A program made the translations under genes and the position numbers. From contig CM097885.1 of assembly GCA_044892525.1 (NCBI GenBank), positions 19,222,001 through 19,286,000 on the forward strand: DNA of 64,000 bases, written 5' to 3'. Source of the DNA: Schmidtea polychroa. Taxonomy: Eukaryota. Below are positions 11,937-25,968 of this stretch, one piece after another (positions within the stretch are counted from its first letter, which is position 1; every line of letters starts with the position of its first letter). Below the pieces are notes generated by a model. It was not told the DNA's origin and did no database searches. It saw only the letters and a program-made list of their open reading frames with translations.

Positions 11937-13680
11937 TTAATCTTCATCTGATAAATAACATCATCAATGTCAACTTCTCCAACATCTTCTCCAACATCTT
12001 CTCCAATGTCTTCTATATCATTTAATTGACTTAATCTTACATGACCATATGCAAAATTAGTATTTTTTCCCACCCAAACCATTTTGTCATCTGCGTTAGT
12101 TAGAGCTATTTTTGCATTTTTAATTGTATAAAATTGATGGTTTTTGCTTGTTATTTTTGTTTGAGGAATCGAGAAAAATTTGATTTTTATTGTAACAATC
12201 TAGGTATGACTGATGTTTTATGTCACTACCTTTCAATGTTACACCTTTAGCCTTTTTTGTTTCCTCATCACCGAACAAGCTATAACATTTAGGTCTAAGA
12301 AAAACCCATTCCTTATATTTAAGACCTTTATTCACGTCTTTGAACTTTCCAATGACTGAATCAAGGTTCTTACTAGATAAGGAATGACAAATATCGTAAT
12401 TGGATGTGTCTAATAAATTATCGTGAATCATTGCAGGTAAAAGAACCTCAAGTTTACAGTTAATAACTTCCAGGAAAAAAGAATCCGTATCACCTGCAAC
12501 GATATTAATTTTACATCTAAACTCATTGCGATATTTTTCGAAATCTGTATATTGTAATTCATACATTTTAAGTTTAGATAGTTCAAATACAGACTGTCCA
12601 ATGTAACTTGGTCTATCTAATCATATAGAATCTGGATTTAACAAAGCGGCAATTAAATTATCGTGGATTTTAATGGATTTTTTAAACGAAGGTATAGAAG
12701 TATATTTGACTAATTTACTTTCGGTTGAACAAAGACAAAGATTCATTCTTCTCTTTAAATTTTCTACAGTTATACCATATAAACTGTTATTTAACAATTT
12801 ATAATAATTTTTGTCTAAACTATTTGTAATTTTTGCTCTTAATTCGGTATTAGTGTCTATATATATTTTTAAAATTGGAGATTGCTTAAACCTTACAGCT
12901 CAATTTACGCGTGTAACTTTAACACCAAGTATAATTTTAATAATCTCCAATGAATCACATAATTAGATTTTGGAAGATGAGTTAATAACAATTTTTCAGC
13001 CTTTGACCCAACAGGTTTCATTTTTTCAGCAGCTACATGGAAATCATCCAACTTATCATGAAGCTAAGAAGGAAATACAAGATGAACTTCAAGAGTGTAT
13101 CCATAAGACAAAGAATCAAGATTTAAATTCCTACATTCGTCCATTATTAAATCAAATCCATCAAGAACCCAACTAAATTCGCCACAATGTAATGGTTGAC
13201 TTAAAGCCCAACCGTAAAGATTATTAATATCAATATAAAGCAGCTCAGTGTTCTCATCGGTTTTTACATAATGTTTATTTACAAAAGTAAGACCTCCTCT
13301 TATTCCACCCTCATAAAAGCTAAACATTTCGTTTTCAGTTATCAGTTCAATCGGTTCCTCTAGAGACATTAAAGAAGAAGACCAAGACATACCAGGAATT
13401 CCGAAATAATTCAATGGTTCTAACCTATTGTGAGCAATAGATTTCAAACGAAATTGTTGGAAGAAATCAGCCAAAAGAAAACAATCAAGTTTTAAGTATA
13501 TCATCATGTAGTCTAATAAAGTTACGCAGTTAGTTTCAACCAAAATCTCCTGAGCTTTTTCATACTCGAGTTCAGTGACACCTTCCCAAATCGGTGGTAA
13601 CTCATAAGTAGTTTGGAGAATATCTAAAGATGTAGCGAAATTGTAAGGAAAGATTCCTTTTTCAGAAACCATAGAATAAG
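11937..13680 (-). pseudogene. Maverick/Polinton protein-primed DNA polymerase B, frameshifted and 5'-truncated
   Basis: KGIFPY, YEGGIRGG, YIDINNLYGWALSQPL, YKLLNNSLYG, GDTDSFF, GKFKD and KAKGV occur in the expected order across several frames. Confidence 0.92.
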
Positions 13681-15302
13681 TAAAAACTGAAAGCAAAACG
13701 CACACAGACGCGACACTTAAACTCAGGATTGACCACAGACAATATAATTAATATATTGAAGATTAAGATTGTAATTACAGGTTGAATATTGCAATATATT
13801 TCATGTGTATTTGATAAATTTTTCATCTTCAGAAAATATTGGACTCATTGATGAAGTCTTTGTTTAAGTAACCTTGACCTACTTAATGAATCATTCAGAT
13901 GATTTGTTGACTTTTTCCGTTAATTAATGATTCGTTTTCTTTATGTGGTATAAGTAGCTCACATTATATAATTATTGTTTCTTTATATTCAATAATTTTC
14001 ATATTAATCTTTGCAAGACTATAGATCAAAACAATGTATAAGGTAGACGATATTCAGTAAATACTCAAAAAATACTGTGCCGAAATATCATGTACTTTAT
14101 GTATCATTTTTGTATATAGTTATCTATAAATAAATATGACAATTTGTTTAAATTAAATTATATCATTATCTAATTTCACCATTAGTGATATAATCCATCT
14201 TAGCATTTAGCATGTTTACGATAAAAAGGTAAGAAAAATATTTTTGTATTTATTTGGATTTTGTAAATAAAAAGGCAGTAGTCGATTTAATATATTAAGT
14301 TAATTAGTTATTGTTACGTCACTTGAGAAATATTAATTATTTGTCAAGGTTTTAAAAAGCGAATAATATACGTATTCACAAAAATAAATTTTCATTATTA
14401 ATTAATAATAATAGTATTATAAGAACTTCTTTCGATTTTTACCCCTGATTTCTTTTCAATTGGTATTGTATTTATACAATATGAATCAGTAATTATATCG
14501 ATTTTTTTGATAATCACGAATTTTCGACACAGCCTTTTTTAAGTGATTTTGTTATAAATTTTGCAACAATATTATTAGATAATTAAATATAAATTTTCCA
14601 ATTTTAGTGAAAATTTTGGTTTAGTATATTTTAGAAAAGAAGCCTTGCACAAAGGCACCGAAAATGAAAATTTAAATTTTAACAAAAATTATTTACAAAA
14701 GAATCTTTTTGGTTTTTAATTTTTTAAACAAAATTATTTCTTTTAATTTTTAAATGAAATGAAGTCTTCAAAACAATTACAGTGTTGGATGACAGGGGTC
14801 GAGCAATCAAGGAATTTGAACTCTCAAAATATTATAGAGTAGGCCCGAATAGATACAGGCTAAAAAATATCTACGTAGAACCCTCATAACATCAGCAATA
14901 TCCACATTTCGCAATCCAAACCAATCCGGTGTTGATAGATCGTCGTTTGGGTGACTACATTGAAAGTCTAACTGTTTGATCTTTGTGATTTTATTTGATT
15001 TATTGATGTAATTATTGTTGACATTTTGATCTTGTATTTGATCATTTTATTCCTGTAGCTTATTTATTTTATTTTGGTTTATGTGTTTATGTAATATTAT
15101 TCCTTTATTTTATGTGCATCAATGTATACTTTTTTAATATAAAAAATATATGGGAAATTGATTATTTATCAACACACTGCTGAAAAAATAAATACAGCTG
15201 ATTTTCAATAATTTTAAAGAAAAACAATCATTTGTGGAGTGGTTTTACTGGAGACAGTCATGCAAATTGAAAATCTTAAAATGTCAATTGGAAATAGATA
15301 TG

Positions 15303-15337
<35 letters not shown>

Positions 15338-18300
15338 TGTGATAATAAAAATTATAATAGTAATAATGATAGCAATAATGAGGATAGTAACAAGAATAAT
15401 AATAATAACAATAATAATAAAGAAAATAACAATAATAAAATAATGATTTTAATAATAATAACAATAACTCACACATAATGACATATAGTTTAAGTGTAGA
15501 AATTATAACATATAGAAATAATAATTGAAATCTTTATCAAGGACACTTAAAAACAAATTAAGTAAATTATTATAATATAACAAGCATATAAAATAATATT
15601 AATAGCGACCTAAAATCAGTATTAGTCGCCCAAAAATTAAACCACTTTTTTACAATTTAAAAGGGTAAATCCTTATTAGGTTACAAAATAAGACTGACAC
15701 AACAAAAACTTCTAAAGATTGCAAGCAACATAGCACGCATATATAACATACACACAAATACAAATTTTGCACGCACTATCTGTATTGAATTTGAAATTTG
15801 AAGAAATTCTTTACATCTTATCGGTAAATTTTTATTATAAATAAATATCTTAAACAGTTTGTCTTTGTTATTTTCATATATATAAGAACCAGTAAAGTTT
15901 GGGGTTTTCGAATAACGAGACCTCAACAACAGAAAATTAAATTTGAAATAAATTTGAAAGTTCAATGGCGAATGAAGGAATAATTGTCTATGAGATTGGT
16001 AAATCGCTTATGTGAATAATGAAATAGTACCTTCTGTTTTCTGGTTCCCAGCACTCTAATGTCTCATGTGACAGGTTTGGTTCGATTATTTTGAATTTTG
16101 TATTAACGTTGTTACTGTTATTTTTGTTGAGATTATCGGTGAATTTAAATATTATTAATTATTGATTTGACTCCAAAGCTTACTTTGTTTAATAACAACA
16201 ATGAGCTCTAGGCAGTATAAGCTTTATTGATTTACATACTTTATTACCAAATTACAGCAACACGAAGAATTATCTGTTACAATGATAATTGATTGCTTAT
16301 CACAACTCTTTTGGAGTAAAAGCACTTTTACAATACAACTGGTAACTCACAACCACTTAAATACTGTTTCTGATTTCAATGAATGGTCAATTTTATCTAG
16401 TTGCTTTCTTATCTTTGACTCCAATTTTCTTCCTTTTACAATTTCTGTTATTTTTCTTTTCAAATTCTCTCTTGTTTTCCTTTCTCATGCTTCTTTCTTT
16501 ACTTTTCAACTATTGTTTTAATTCCAGTCGTGTTTTCTTTTATCGTCCACAATCTAATGACACTTATTATTATTGACTTCAATTTCAATATATTTTCCCG
16601 CATATTTCGTTTTGCGCCTTTCCAATTCTCCTAATATCGCTGACGGCTGTCGAGATAGGTAATATTTTGAAGATACCATCTATTGAATTCCATTGTGATC
16701 TTTCTTCCTTATCTCTACTAGGCTATCGAGATATGCCAATTTAATTTAATTTTGTTTTTTCTTCTCTTTTTTCGCTTTGTAAAAGTGACCTTTCCATGTA
16801 TCATTTTTTGATTGTCTAATATTTTCATATACTTTACTATTTTTCCTTTGTTTTCTCATCTCTTGCACTCGCTCTTACATTCCAAGATTGTGGAACAAGC
16901 CTTTATTTAATACAATTCCTTCTAATCATTTTATGTAATCTGATACTAATTATTTAATTTTTATTATTTAGATATAGTTTGACATATTTGAATCACAGTA
17001 ATGACCCCGATGTTGATGTACATAAGTAACCATGGAGATGAACCATAATTCCACAAAAAGATTAAATATCAAAATTTTGAGCCTTGTTAAAATAAATATA
17101 AATATTTCCAGAAAATTGAATATGATTTAGGGTACTAATCAATTTAGATTTATATAATTAATTATTATTATTTCATGTAATGATTATTATTTAATTTTGA
17201 ACTATTATGGAGCCTGAGGATAGCGTGTAATGTTATGCCTACATGATTTATATTCATCATTTTTATAGAAATGAAATTCTTTCTGTTATTTGTCTAGAAT
17301 GAACTGAAAGGAATTATTTTTTGACAAATCAATTTATTATTACTTATCAGTTATTTATGTCTTTCTATATTATCTATTCTTCACAGATCTAAATGTTTTA
17401 TTTTGTTTTAATTAATATTAATGATTTTTGTTTTAATATTTAAGAACATCTCACTTTTATGGACTTTAAGTATTAAAGGAAAGATATTAAATAATTTTGA
17501 GCCTTGTCATAATGTAAAATTTGATTTTTAATTTATTTCAGAGTATAACAATCAGGTTATTATGGATTAATATTTATATTTTTTAAAAATAAAATAAGTA
17601 AAAAATCTAAATAATTTGGTGAAGTCACAATGAGATTCATAAGATTTACATTAGTTTTTATTGAAATTTATTCTGGGAAATCAGGGAACATTTCTATGTA
17701 ATTCTTTCTGTAAATCTTTGTCACAGTATGCTATTTTCTGCCAAATTATTATAACGTTTAATTTTAAATTATGCAATAACCTAAATAAATAGAATTTTAT
17801 AAATATATTTAAATAGATTATTATAATAATTAACAGTTATTAAATAAAACAATATTGTTTCGACCGATTTCGGCCTCGCGCCTGTGTGCGCGTTGTCGTT
17901 AATTTATTCTTCATGTATGTGTGCGCACAAAGACACGGACAATGTTTTGTTTAAGGTAATTCAAATTGATTTTTTGAAATTTAATTGTTTCAGAATATTT
18001 TGGATTGATATATGAATTTTGTTTAAAAATATATTTTTTGGTGCAATTTTGAATATATGCAGAAAATAAAGTTAGCAATCCTGATAAATATTGAAGGCCT
18101 AGGAACGCATTAAATCAAATCTATGAGACATTGAAGCGTGTAATTTTTTATTAAGAAATGCATAACATACATCTATTAAAGAGAGTCAAGGGTCTTTGAG
18201 TTTTTTATATTTTATCAAATTTTTTAATGAATACTTAAAGAAAGATTACTTACAAAACATATCTATTTTAAGTCATACGATATGTCATATTAAAAATTTA

Positions 18301-18809
18301 CACTTGTTGAATATTATCAGAAAAATAATTATTGTTGAAAAAAATTATGAAAATTAATGAACACAGTCATATAATGAACATTATCTTGATTTAACAAATA
18401 TAATCACAAAAATACATTTAATAAAGTTTTCCTTTTGAATTTGTCAATTTTTATGATGTGATTCATATCTTGTAAATTAAAAGAATTTTATAATTATTAA
18501 GTTCAGTTTGGTCAACTTTAATAAAACATTTTCAAACCAGTTTTGCAAAATGTCCTTTATTGTTTAGTACAGCAGTCACTAACTGAAATACACTAGAGCA
18601 GCAACTTTTATGAAGAAAAGAAAAATATTTTAAAAATGTTTTTATAGATTTTAATTAGAAAAAAGAAATAAAGAAATTTTTAAAGCAAATTTTCATGATT
18701 GTTCTGTAGCAAATTCATCATTCATATCATTGTAATCAATTGTTTTGGTCGTTTCTTTTTAATTGACAGTATTGCTAATCTGTTTGCTATCGGATAAGTT
18801 TTTGTAATA

Positions 18810-19657
18810 CACCAAATACTATGAGATACATTTTTTATAGTGGTGGTTGGTGTGTAAATCATTAAATTGACTCACCAATTTAATACATATGTCTTTTTAA
18901 TTGAAATTTATTTTAGCAAATTTTGAAATAGCTTGAAGGTAAGATATTTAATGTTAAGTAAATTTTAAGACTTGAATTTTGATCCATATCGATATGAAAT
19001 CATTATTCAAGTTCTTAAATATCACTTTTAGTCAACGGTATAATATTAAATTATTTTTAATTAATTTTCAGAGTTTTTGGGATTTTTATGACATTTATTT
19101 TTAAGCATTTTGTAATTATTTCGATATAATGTGAGTCAGATATATTTTTAATTATAATTAAATAAATAAATCAATCACCAAAAATATGTATTTTCTGAAA
19201 CATTTTGAGAAAAATCGCCGAATATCAATAAAATAATTTTTTTAATTTTTGTAATTTTTTTTCTGAGCTCAATATGAAGGGATTCTTTCAGGAAATCAAA
19301 TCTGAATTGAAAAGACATTGAACCAAATTCATCTTCTCTTAATATTTTCATTAAAAATATATTTAAAAAACTTTTCAGTGATCTTGTTCTCCTAAAAATT
19401 ATCTAAATTAAAGTTATTTTAGAAACGTGCATTTCAACGAATCGAAAGTTTGAATGTGTTTTTTAGTATGTGCTGTGTTTGTGTGAAGTATTTAATTTTT
19501 CTATCACTTTTTAGATTTCGTTAGTGTAAAATATATCTCATTGCACTATATGTGAAAACATCAGCGTGAAATCAAAGTAAGTATGTATGTTTCTATAATG
19601 TAAGATTATTGATTTTTTTCTTATATTATAGGAAACGCATTTTAGTGATGTTTGGTG
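18810..19657 (+). mobile_element. Tc1/mariner-type MITE (copy 1)
   Basis: TA-CACCAAA...TTTGGTG-TA ends. Interior homologous to 21461-22414 (inverted) and 22417-23412 (direct). Confidence 0.65.
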
Positions 19658-21899
19658 TAGTATTTATTATTTGGTTTGTTGCACATGAGATAGTACAACA
19701 CTGCACTGGAGTGTCACAAAAAAGTAATTAAAAGTACTGGTTACTAAAATTAAATAAAAATCTATATTGAGTCAATTTTATTTGACTATAATATACACAC
19801 TACATAAAATCATCAACACAAATGAACTGTAATGTATATTCTATCAATCGATTCTAGTCAAACATTTATTTCAACTTATTTAGTAAGAGGAAGGGTAAAG
19901 TACTAAAATTGTCATAAATTGTCATTTTCAAAGCGTGTCACTTAGTGGAACATGTGTCATATGTTGTCGATCACTGGGTTAGTAAGTTATTCCGTAAATT
20001 GTATCTCATGAAAAAATATCTTTGATAGGATTTTAATAATCGCTTTGTGATGTAATGATAATGGGATATTTGATTTTCCTAACCTTTACCCTATAATATG
20101 TAATGCATGTGTGTGTGTGATTTATTATTTTTGATTGTCTGGGTCCTCAAATTTTGTCACTTATTATTATTTCCGGATAAGCTATTGCTGATTGTGTTGG
20201 TGTCGGCACACCGGCTACTTTAAATAGTATTATAATTTCTTAAATAAAGTTTTTGAAATTTAACAAGTTATTCATATTCTTTACAGTTTTAATACTAACT
20301 GTTAAAAATGTCATATAATAAAAGTAACATTTATACTTTTAATTTCATCATATTTACTAAGTTCTATTATTTGACATTAAATCTCTATTGAAGTTTTAGA
20401 TTAATTCAGATTTTACAAAAATAAAATCGAATAAACTTTCTAAATTAAAATTAAAATTTTACAAAATCAAATAATCAGGAGACTTTCTCGAAATTATCGA
20501 AAACCGGGAGATCTTGCAAAAAGAAACCAGAAACGCCGGATAAAAGTCTCGAGTTTTCATCCTTGTAAATGATTGCTTTAAATAAATTTTAATTCTAAAA
20601 ATTAATTTACGAGAAATTTTTTAATTCATAAAATATTGATAAAGAAATTAAAAATTTAGACTGTTAATAAATTATTTTCAAAAGAAATTTAGCCTGATAT
20701 TTAAAATCAAAAAAAAATAATAAAATCAATTGATAAAATATATTTAATATATTATATATAATTTTGAGATCTTTAAAAATAATTAAATTTTATTTGAAAA
20801 TTGATTATTGTCTGTGAAAGTAACTGAGAAAATCACTGTACAATAATAAATTAAATATGTTGTTTTAATTAATCAATTTTTTGTGGTTTGATTTTTATTT
20901 ATTATTTAAAATAATGGTGAAATATTTAATTTATTATAAATAAATTTCTAGAAATAATTTTCGTAAATATAAGTTATAATGATAAATAGTGCATTTAAAA
21001 TTTATAAACCTTGGTATCAACATTAAGGTGTTCAATCAAAATGTTGGCAGACTTATAATAACTGAATTTGTATCAAATCTTACAAGTTCTTTATTATTTC
21101 AGCCAAAATAATTAACAATAATTCACTGTATTTCAGTGAAAGTTAACGTGTTTATAATTAAACATAATAACTACTGTAAAACGGGGACTTTTAAAGCTAT
21201 TATATGATTGTGGTGAACGTAGTTTGATTAACAGAATTAACATTAACTTCGCTTTAAAGATTAAAAATGTTAATCAAAAAATCTGTAAAACTGAAAAGAA
21301 ATAAACTAATTTTTTAACAAAGCTATCAAACCATTTGATCTGGTAAAACAATAGAAACGTAATTTCAAAAATCGAATAATAAAGATTACACAAGAAAATC
21401 GCACGAAAAGCAAGCACGCACACATGACACGCATAACAACAGAAAAAACACACACAAATACACCATACACCACTGAGATAAGTTTCCTATAATATAAAAA
21501 AATCAATAATCTTACATTATAGAAACATACATACTTACTTTTATTTCACGCTGATAGTCTCATTGATAGTGCAATGAGATGCGCCTTAAACTATCGTCGC
21601 TGAGATAGGTTTCTATATTAACTTTATTTTAGACAATTTTTAGAAAGAAATGATCGATGAAAATGTATTTTAATGTATATTTAAAGAAACTACATTGAAT
21701 TGTCATGAAAATAACGAAATATTATCGTAAGAATAATTTTACAGTTAAAATTAAGTTAAATATTCATTAGAATTTCTGATAGTTGTTTTAGAAATATTTT
21801 AGAAAAGTACATTTTTGGCGATTGATTTAATTATTTAATTATTATTAGAAATATATTTGACTTATAAGAACTTTTTTCCAATTTCATTTCTTTTCCATT

Positions 21900-22110
21900 G
21901 TATTTATCAAAAGCTTGAAAACTATGAATTAGTAAATATATCGATGTTTTTGATATTCACGAATTTTCGGCACTACCTTTTTCTTTTTTCCTTTTTCAAG
22001 TGAATTTGATGATCAAAATTCACGTCAAAAGGGTAGTGCCGAAAATTCGTGAATATCAGAAAAATCAATATATTTATTGATTCGTAGTCATCAAGCTTTT
22101 TAATAAATAT
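21900..22110. mobile_element. Palindromic foldback/MITE family member
   Basis: gatattcacgaattttcggcactacc / ggtagtgccgaaaattcgtgaatatc inverted arms. Collapsed copies at 2575-2663 and 11714-11802; partial copies near 14420-14545 and 44815-44875. Confidence 0.7.
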
Positions 22111-22416
22111 CTGACCTACATTATATCAAAATAATTCCAAAATAATTATAAAATAAATTTAATAAAATTCCTAAAAAACGTGAAAATTAATTAAAAATAA
22201 TTTATAACACTAAAAAGTAGTATTTAAGAACTTGAATAATGATTTCATATCTATATAGATCAAAATTCAAGTCTTAAAATTTAATTAAAATAAAACATTT
22301 TACCTGAAAGCCATTGTATAAAATTGGTTAAAATAAATTTCTTGTAAAATAAAATTTATTAAATTGGTGAGTCACTTTAATGAGACCAATTGATGTACAC
22401 ATTAACCACCACTATA

Positions 22417-23412
22417 CACCTAACCGCGAAAGTTAACATTGTCTATAATATACGTTGGTGTGCACACCACCTGAGGTGAGTCACCAATTATATGACAATG
22501 TTAACTTAATTTCATTTATTCAATTTTCCAAAAATCGTTTAAAGGTAAGTTTTTGCATTGAAGTAATTTTTAGGACTTGAATTTTGATTTTATATAATTA
22601 TGAGATCATTATTCAAGTTCTTAAATATTACTGTTAGTCAGCATTTATAATATTGATAATATATAACATTGATAATTAAATTTCAGGTGTTTTTTTGGAA
22701 TTTTATGGTATTTTATTTGGATTTATTTGGATTTATTTGGATTTATTTGGATTTATTTCGTAAAAATGTAAGTTAGATATTTTTATAATTATAAATATGT
22801 AAAGTAATCACTAAACATTTATTTTTTAAAGACATTTAGTAAAGAATGGATAAAATATTTTTTAAGTTTTTGTAATCTTCTTTCGAATTTTGTCTATTTC
22901 TGTAATTCTATGAAAATATTAATTTGTTAAAATAATTTATTAAAATTTACGATTTGCGATGTTTTTCCTGCAAATTCAAAGATGTCGAAGGATCTTCTTC
23001 AATATCTGTAAATCTAAAGAAATTTAATATTCTAAATTATTTTATAATTAAATCTTACGATGTATTTACTTCTTTTTCCCTAAAGCTCAGCGTAGAGCAG
23101 TCGGAATCTGATTCAAAAGTTTTTTTGTACATAATTTTTTAAATAATTTTAAAATATTGATATGTTAATTATATGTTAATCAATCTGAATTTCGCATGAA
23201 AAACACTTTACTTAATTTTGTATGTATTTTTCATTATGTGTGCTGTGCTTCTATGCTTAATTATTTTCTCTCACTTTTTAGATTCCTATAATAAATATCT
23301 TAAATTTCGCGGCATTAAATTTCTACACACAGGTAAGTTTGTGTGTTCCTATAATATATATTTATTGATTTTTTTTTAGATTATAGATAATGTTATATTT
23401 CGCGGTTAGGTG
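22417..23412 (+). mobile_element. Tc1/mariner-type MITE (copy 3) nested in copy 2
   Basis: TIR cacctaaccgcgaaa / tttcgcggttaggtg, with TA on both sides (22415-22416 and 23413-23414). Confidence 0.8.
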
Positions 23413-25259
23413 TAGAAAATGTATCTCTGTAGTGATTGGTGTATCAAAAAATAAGAAGAGCGCACACAGACGCTAATCAACCCAACAGCATAAATTTTTC
23501 GAGCTCCTCATTTTATTGGGATATTCGGTATAAATGAGATGTTTGTTTTGACAAGGTTTCTCAAGAGTTTAAAAATAAAGTTAAGTTGATTAATGTGAGT
23601 TGAATTTGGGAAACTGAAAGATAAAAGTAATATCTGTAGAAGATAGAATGAGTTCGAAATGAACATTGGTTTTGCTATAGAATTTTGTGTTGTCAGATAT
23701 TTGAGTGGATTGATAATGTTGCCTCACAGGAATTTCATCATTTATTCTCTATTTAACAAATCTTATTGTGGATATATTTAGGTGGATACCAACCTCTCGT
23801 TTCCGCACACTTCGATAATGACGGTTGAAATCAGATTTTTCGTTTTAAAAATCTTCAATCAAGACCATTTGTAAGATTTATATAAATTTCGATAAGGTCT
23901 TCAAGCGATTAACTACAATGATAAATAATATATCGAATATATATGATAAGCTGATTATTTTATGCATTTTATATTTTGATAAAATATAATAATAATAATT
24001 ATAATAAAAGTAATATTAATAATTTAAATTATTATTACTATTAATATCATTAATATTATTTATATTATTAATATTATTTATATAATTAATATTATTTATA
24101 TTATTATTGTATTTATAATAATCAGAACAAAATCAAAACAAGTTACTCCTAGTTAGAAAATAGTTGATATTGAAAATTAGTGCTTGAATATTACAGTTAT
24201 TGTTATTTTTCACAGAATATTTCCCAAATTACTTATTTATTAAAGAATATATATAATTAATTCCTAATAAGATTCTTCCTTCTGCTTGCATAGACTTATA
24301 GCAAATTAAAGAGAGGTTTTTGCATTATTATACATTTCAATGAGTTTTAGAGAAAAGAATATCCAAGTTTGTAAATGTAAAAAAATTATTTTTTTCCTAC
24401 CACTTATCATATACAATGCAAAAAATTATGAATATATAATATATAATTTATATTTTGTATAATTATCATTAATTTTAAAAATAGTTTATCCCAACATAAA
24501 TTAGCACTATTATTTTATTAAATTTATTAAAATATTCCTTATAAAATCATGTTCACCATATTAATGTCCGGATTAATAATTTTTATAATAATTTTTATTA
24601 ATAATTTTTATATTTCTGTAGATGTCAGTTGGAGAGCGTGTTAAATAAACTCTGTTGTTGTAAATATTATTCCCAAAAGCTTTAAAAATATTTTTAATAT
24701 TATTTGAAATTTTATTTTACATTTGAATTTCAATGAAGATATAAATGTTATTCGATGATACAAAATTCTCACTATAAACAATATTTTGAGTTAAAACTTT
24801 GATTGTTTCGGAGCTTCCATTGAGGAAAACTAGTTTTGGTATTAAACTTTACGTTTTGCAAATATCTAACTTGTGAAAATTCAACATAAATTGTTCTCAA
24901 GGTCAAAGATTAAAAAATATTGAGAATGTGTAAATAGACATTTAAACAAATAACCAAAGACATTTTACTCAATAAAATATTGGCAAGTCATAAAAAATAC
25001 CTTTTAATAGTAATTTTCTACAAACTGATTTCTGTCAATACATAATGTTCATAAAATACGCTGAAAAATTGGAAATTTCTACGAGTTCATCTAGTTAGAA
25101 ACGAAAACTTAGAAAAATATTGCTTGGGAAAATAATTATAACCAAGTGTCAACATTTTGAATTTTCTTTAAACAAGAATAATATAAAAATAAAGTAAGAT
25201 CACAAAGGAACTTGCAAATAGTTCACTTGTTTTTTGTGTTTATTTTTTTTATTTATTTT

Positions 25260-25560
25260 TTTTCTTAAATTAATAACATCCATTGTTGAGCTGTTTTTTG
25301 CAATATTCTGTATAAAAACATTGTATTCACCTAAGAGGAGAAAAAATCATCACTTGCTTTCTTGGATCTGTTAATACAACGCAAAGAGAAACACTATGAG
25401 ACAGATATTTATAGAAAACCAACTGATACTGGTCTTTGTCTTCTACTTTTGTAAATTCAGCAAAAAGTGTTGATAAATTTGTTGAATTGTTAAGGAAGAA
25501 TGGTTATTCATCGCTTCACCTTTGGGATGTGAGTGAAAATCGAATATTGCAAAAACATAG
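25260..25560 (+). mobile_element. Internal Penelope RT fragment
   Basis: Near-identical to about 57010-57110 (cttgctttcttggatctgttaatacaacgcaaagagaaacactatgagacaga...YRKPTDTG). Confidence 0.8.
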
Positions 25561-25660
25561 GCTTTTAAAAACTCGTGCCTTTTGACAGTTACACAATATA
25601 GACATAGTAGCGAGAGTAGAGAGTGGTATAGTATCGAGGTGGCATAGTAACAAGTTTTGA

Positions 25661-25729
<69 letters not shown>

Positions 25730-25739
25730 ATAAAAATAA

Positions 25740-25788
<49 letters not shown>

Positions 25789-25968
25789 GGGATTCAAAAA
25801 CAATTTGACGCGTCTCTCCCCACCGAAATTGAATATTGAAAGAAAATCGATGTGAAAAAATATTCATTTCTGATTGGTTGAGATGCTAAATAAAAATATA
25901 TATTAATATGTTCTTTAAATGCCATTGTATAATATATTCTCAGAATTTCTCTACAATAATGCCTAAGC

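Larger units (their letters stand above)
21461..23441 (-). mobile_element. Tc1/mariner-type MITE (copy 2) carrying two nested insertions
   Basis: TA-CACCA...TGGTG-TA ends. Reverse-complement homology to 18810-19657 stops at ccaccactata (22416) and resumes at 23415. Confidence 0.65.

Noticed and set aside
14780..15179. Possible Tc1-like element (CAGTG...CACTG)
   Set aside because: Terminal match is only a few bases and the right TA is absent.
15234..15478. Poly-I/N/Y ORFs (also 1633-1836, 35784-35987, 51270-51503, 61849-62040)
   Set aside because: Translated (AAT)n/(ATT)n tracts.
15700..16900. Minus-strand LINE-like peptides (IRRIGK, KLWSQIN, ISDLP)
   Set aside because: Probably a very old CR1/L2 relic, but too degraded to delimit or assign.
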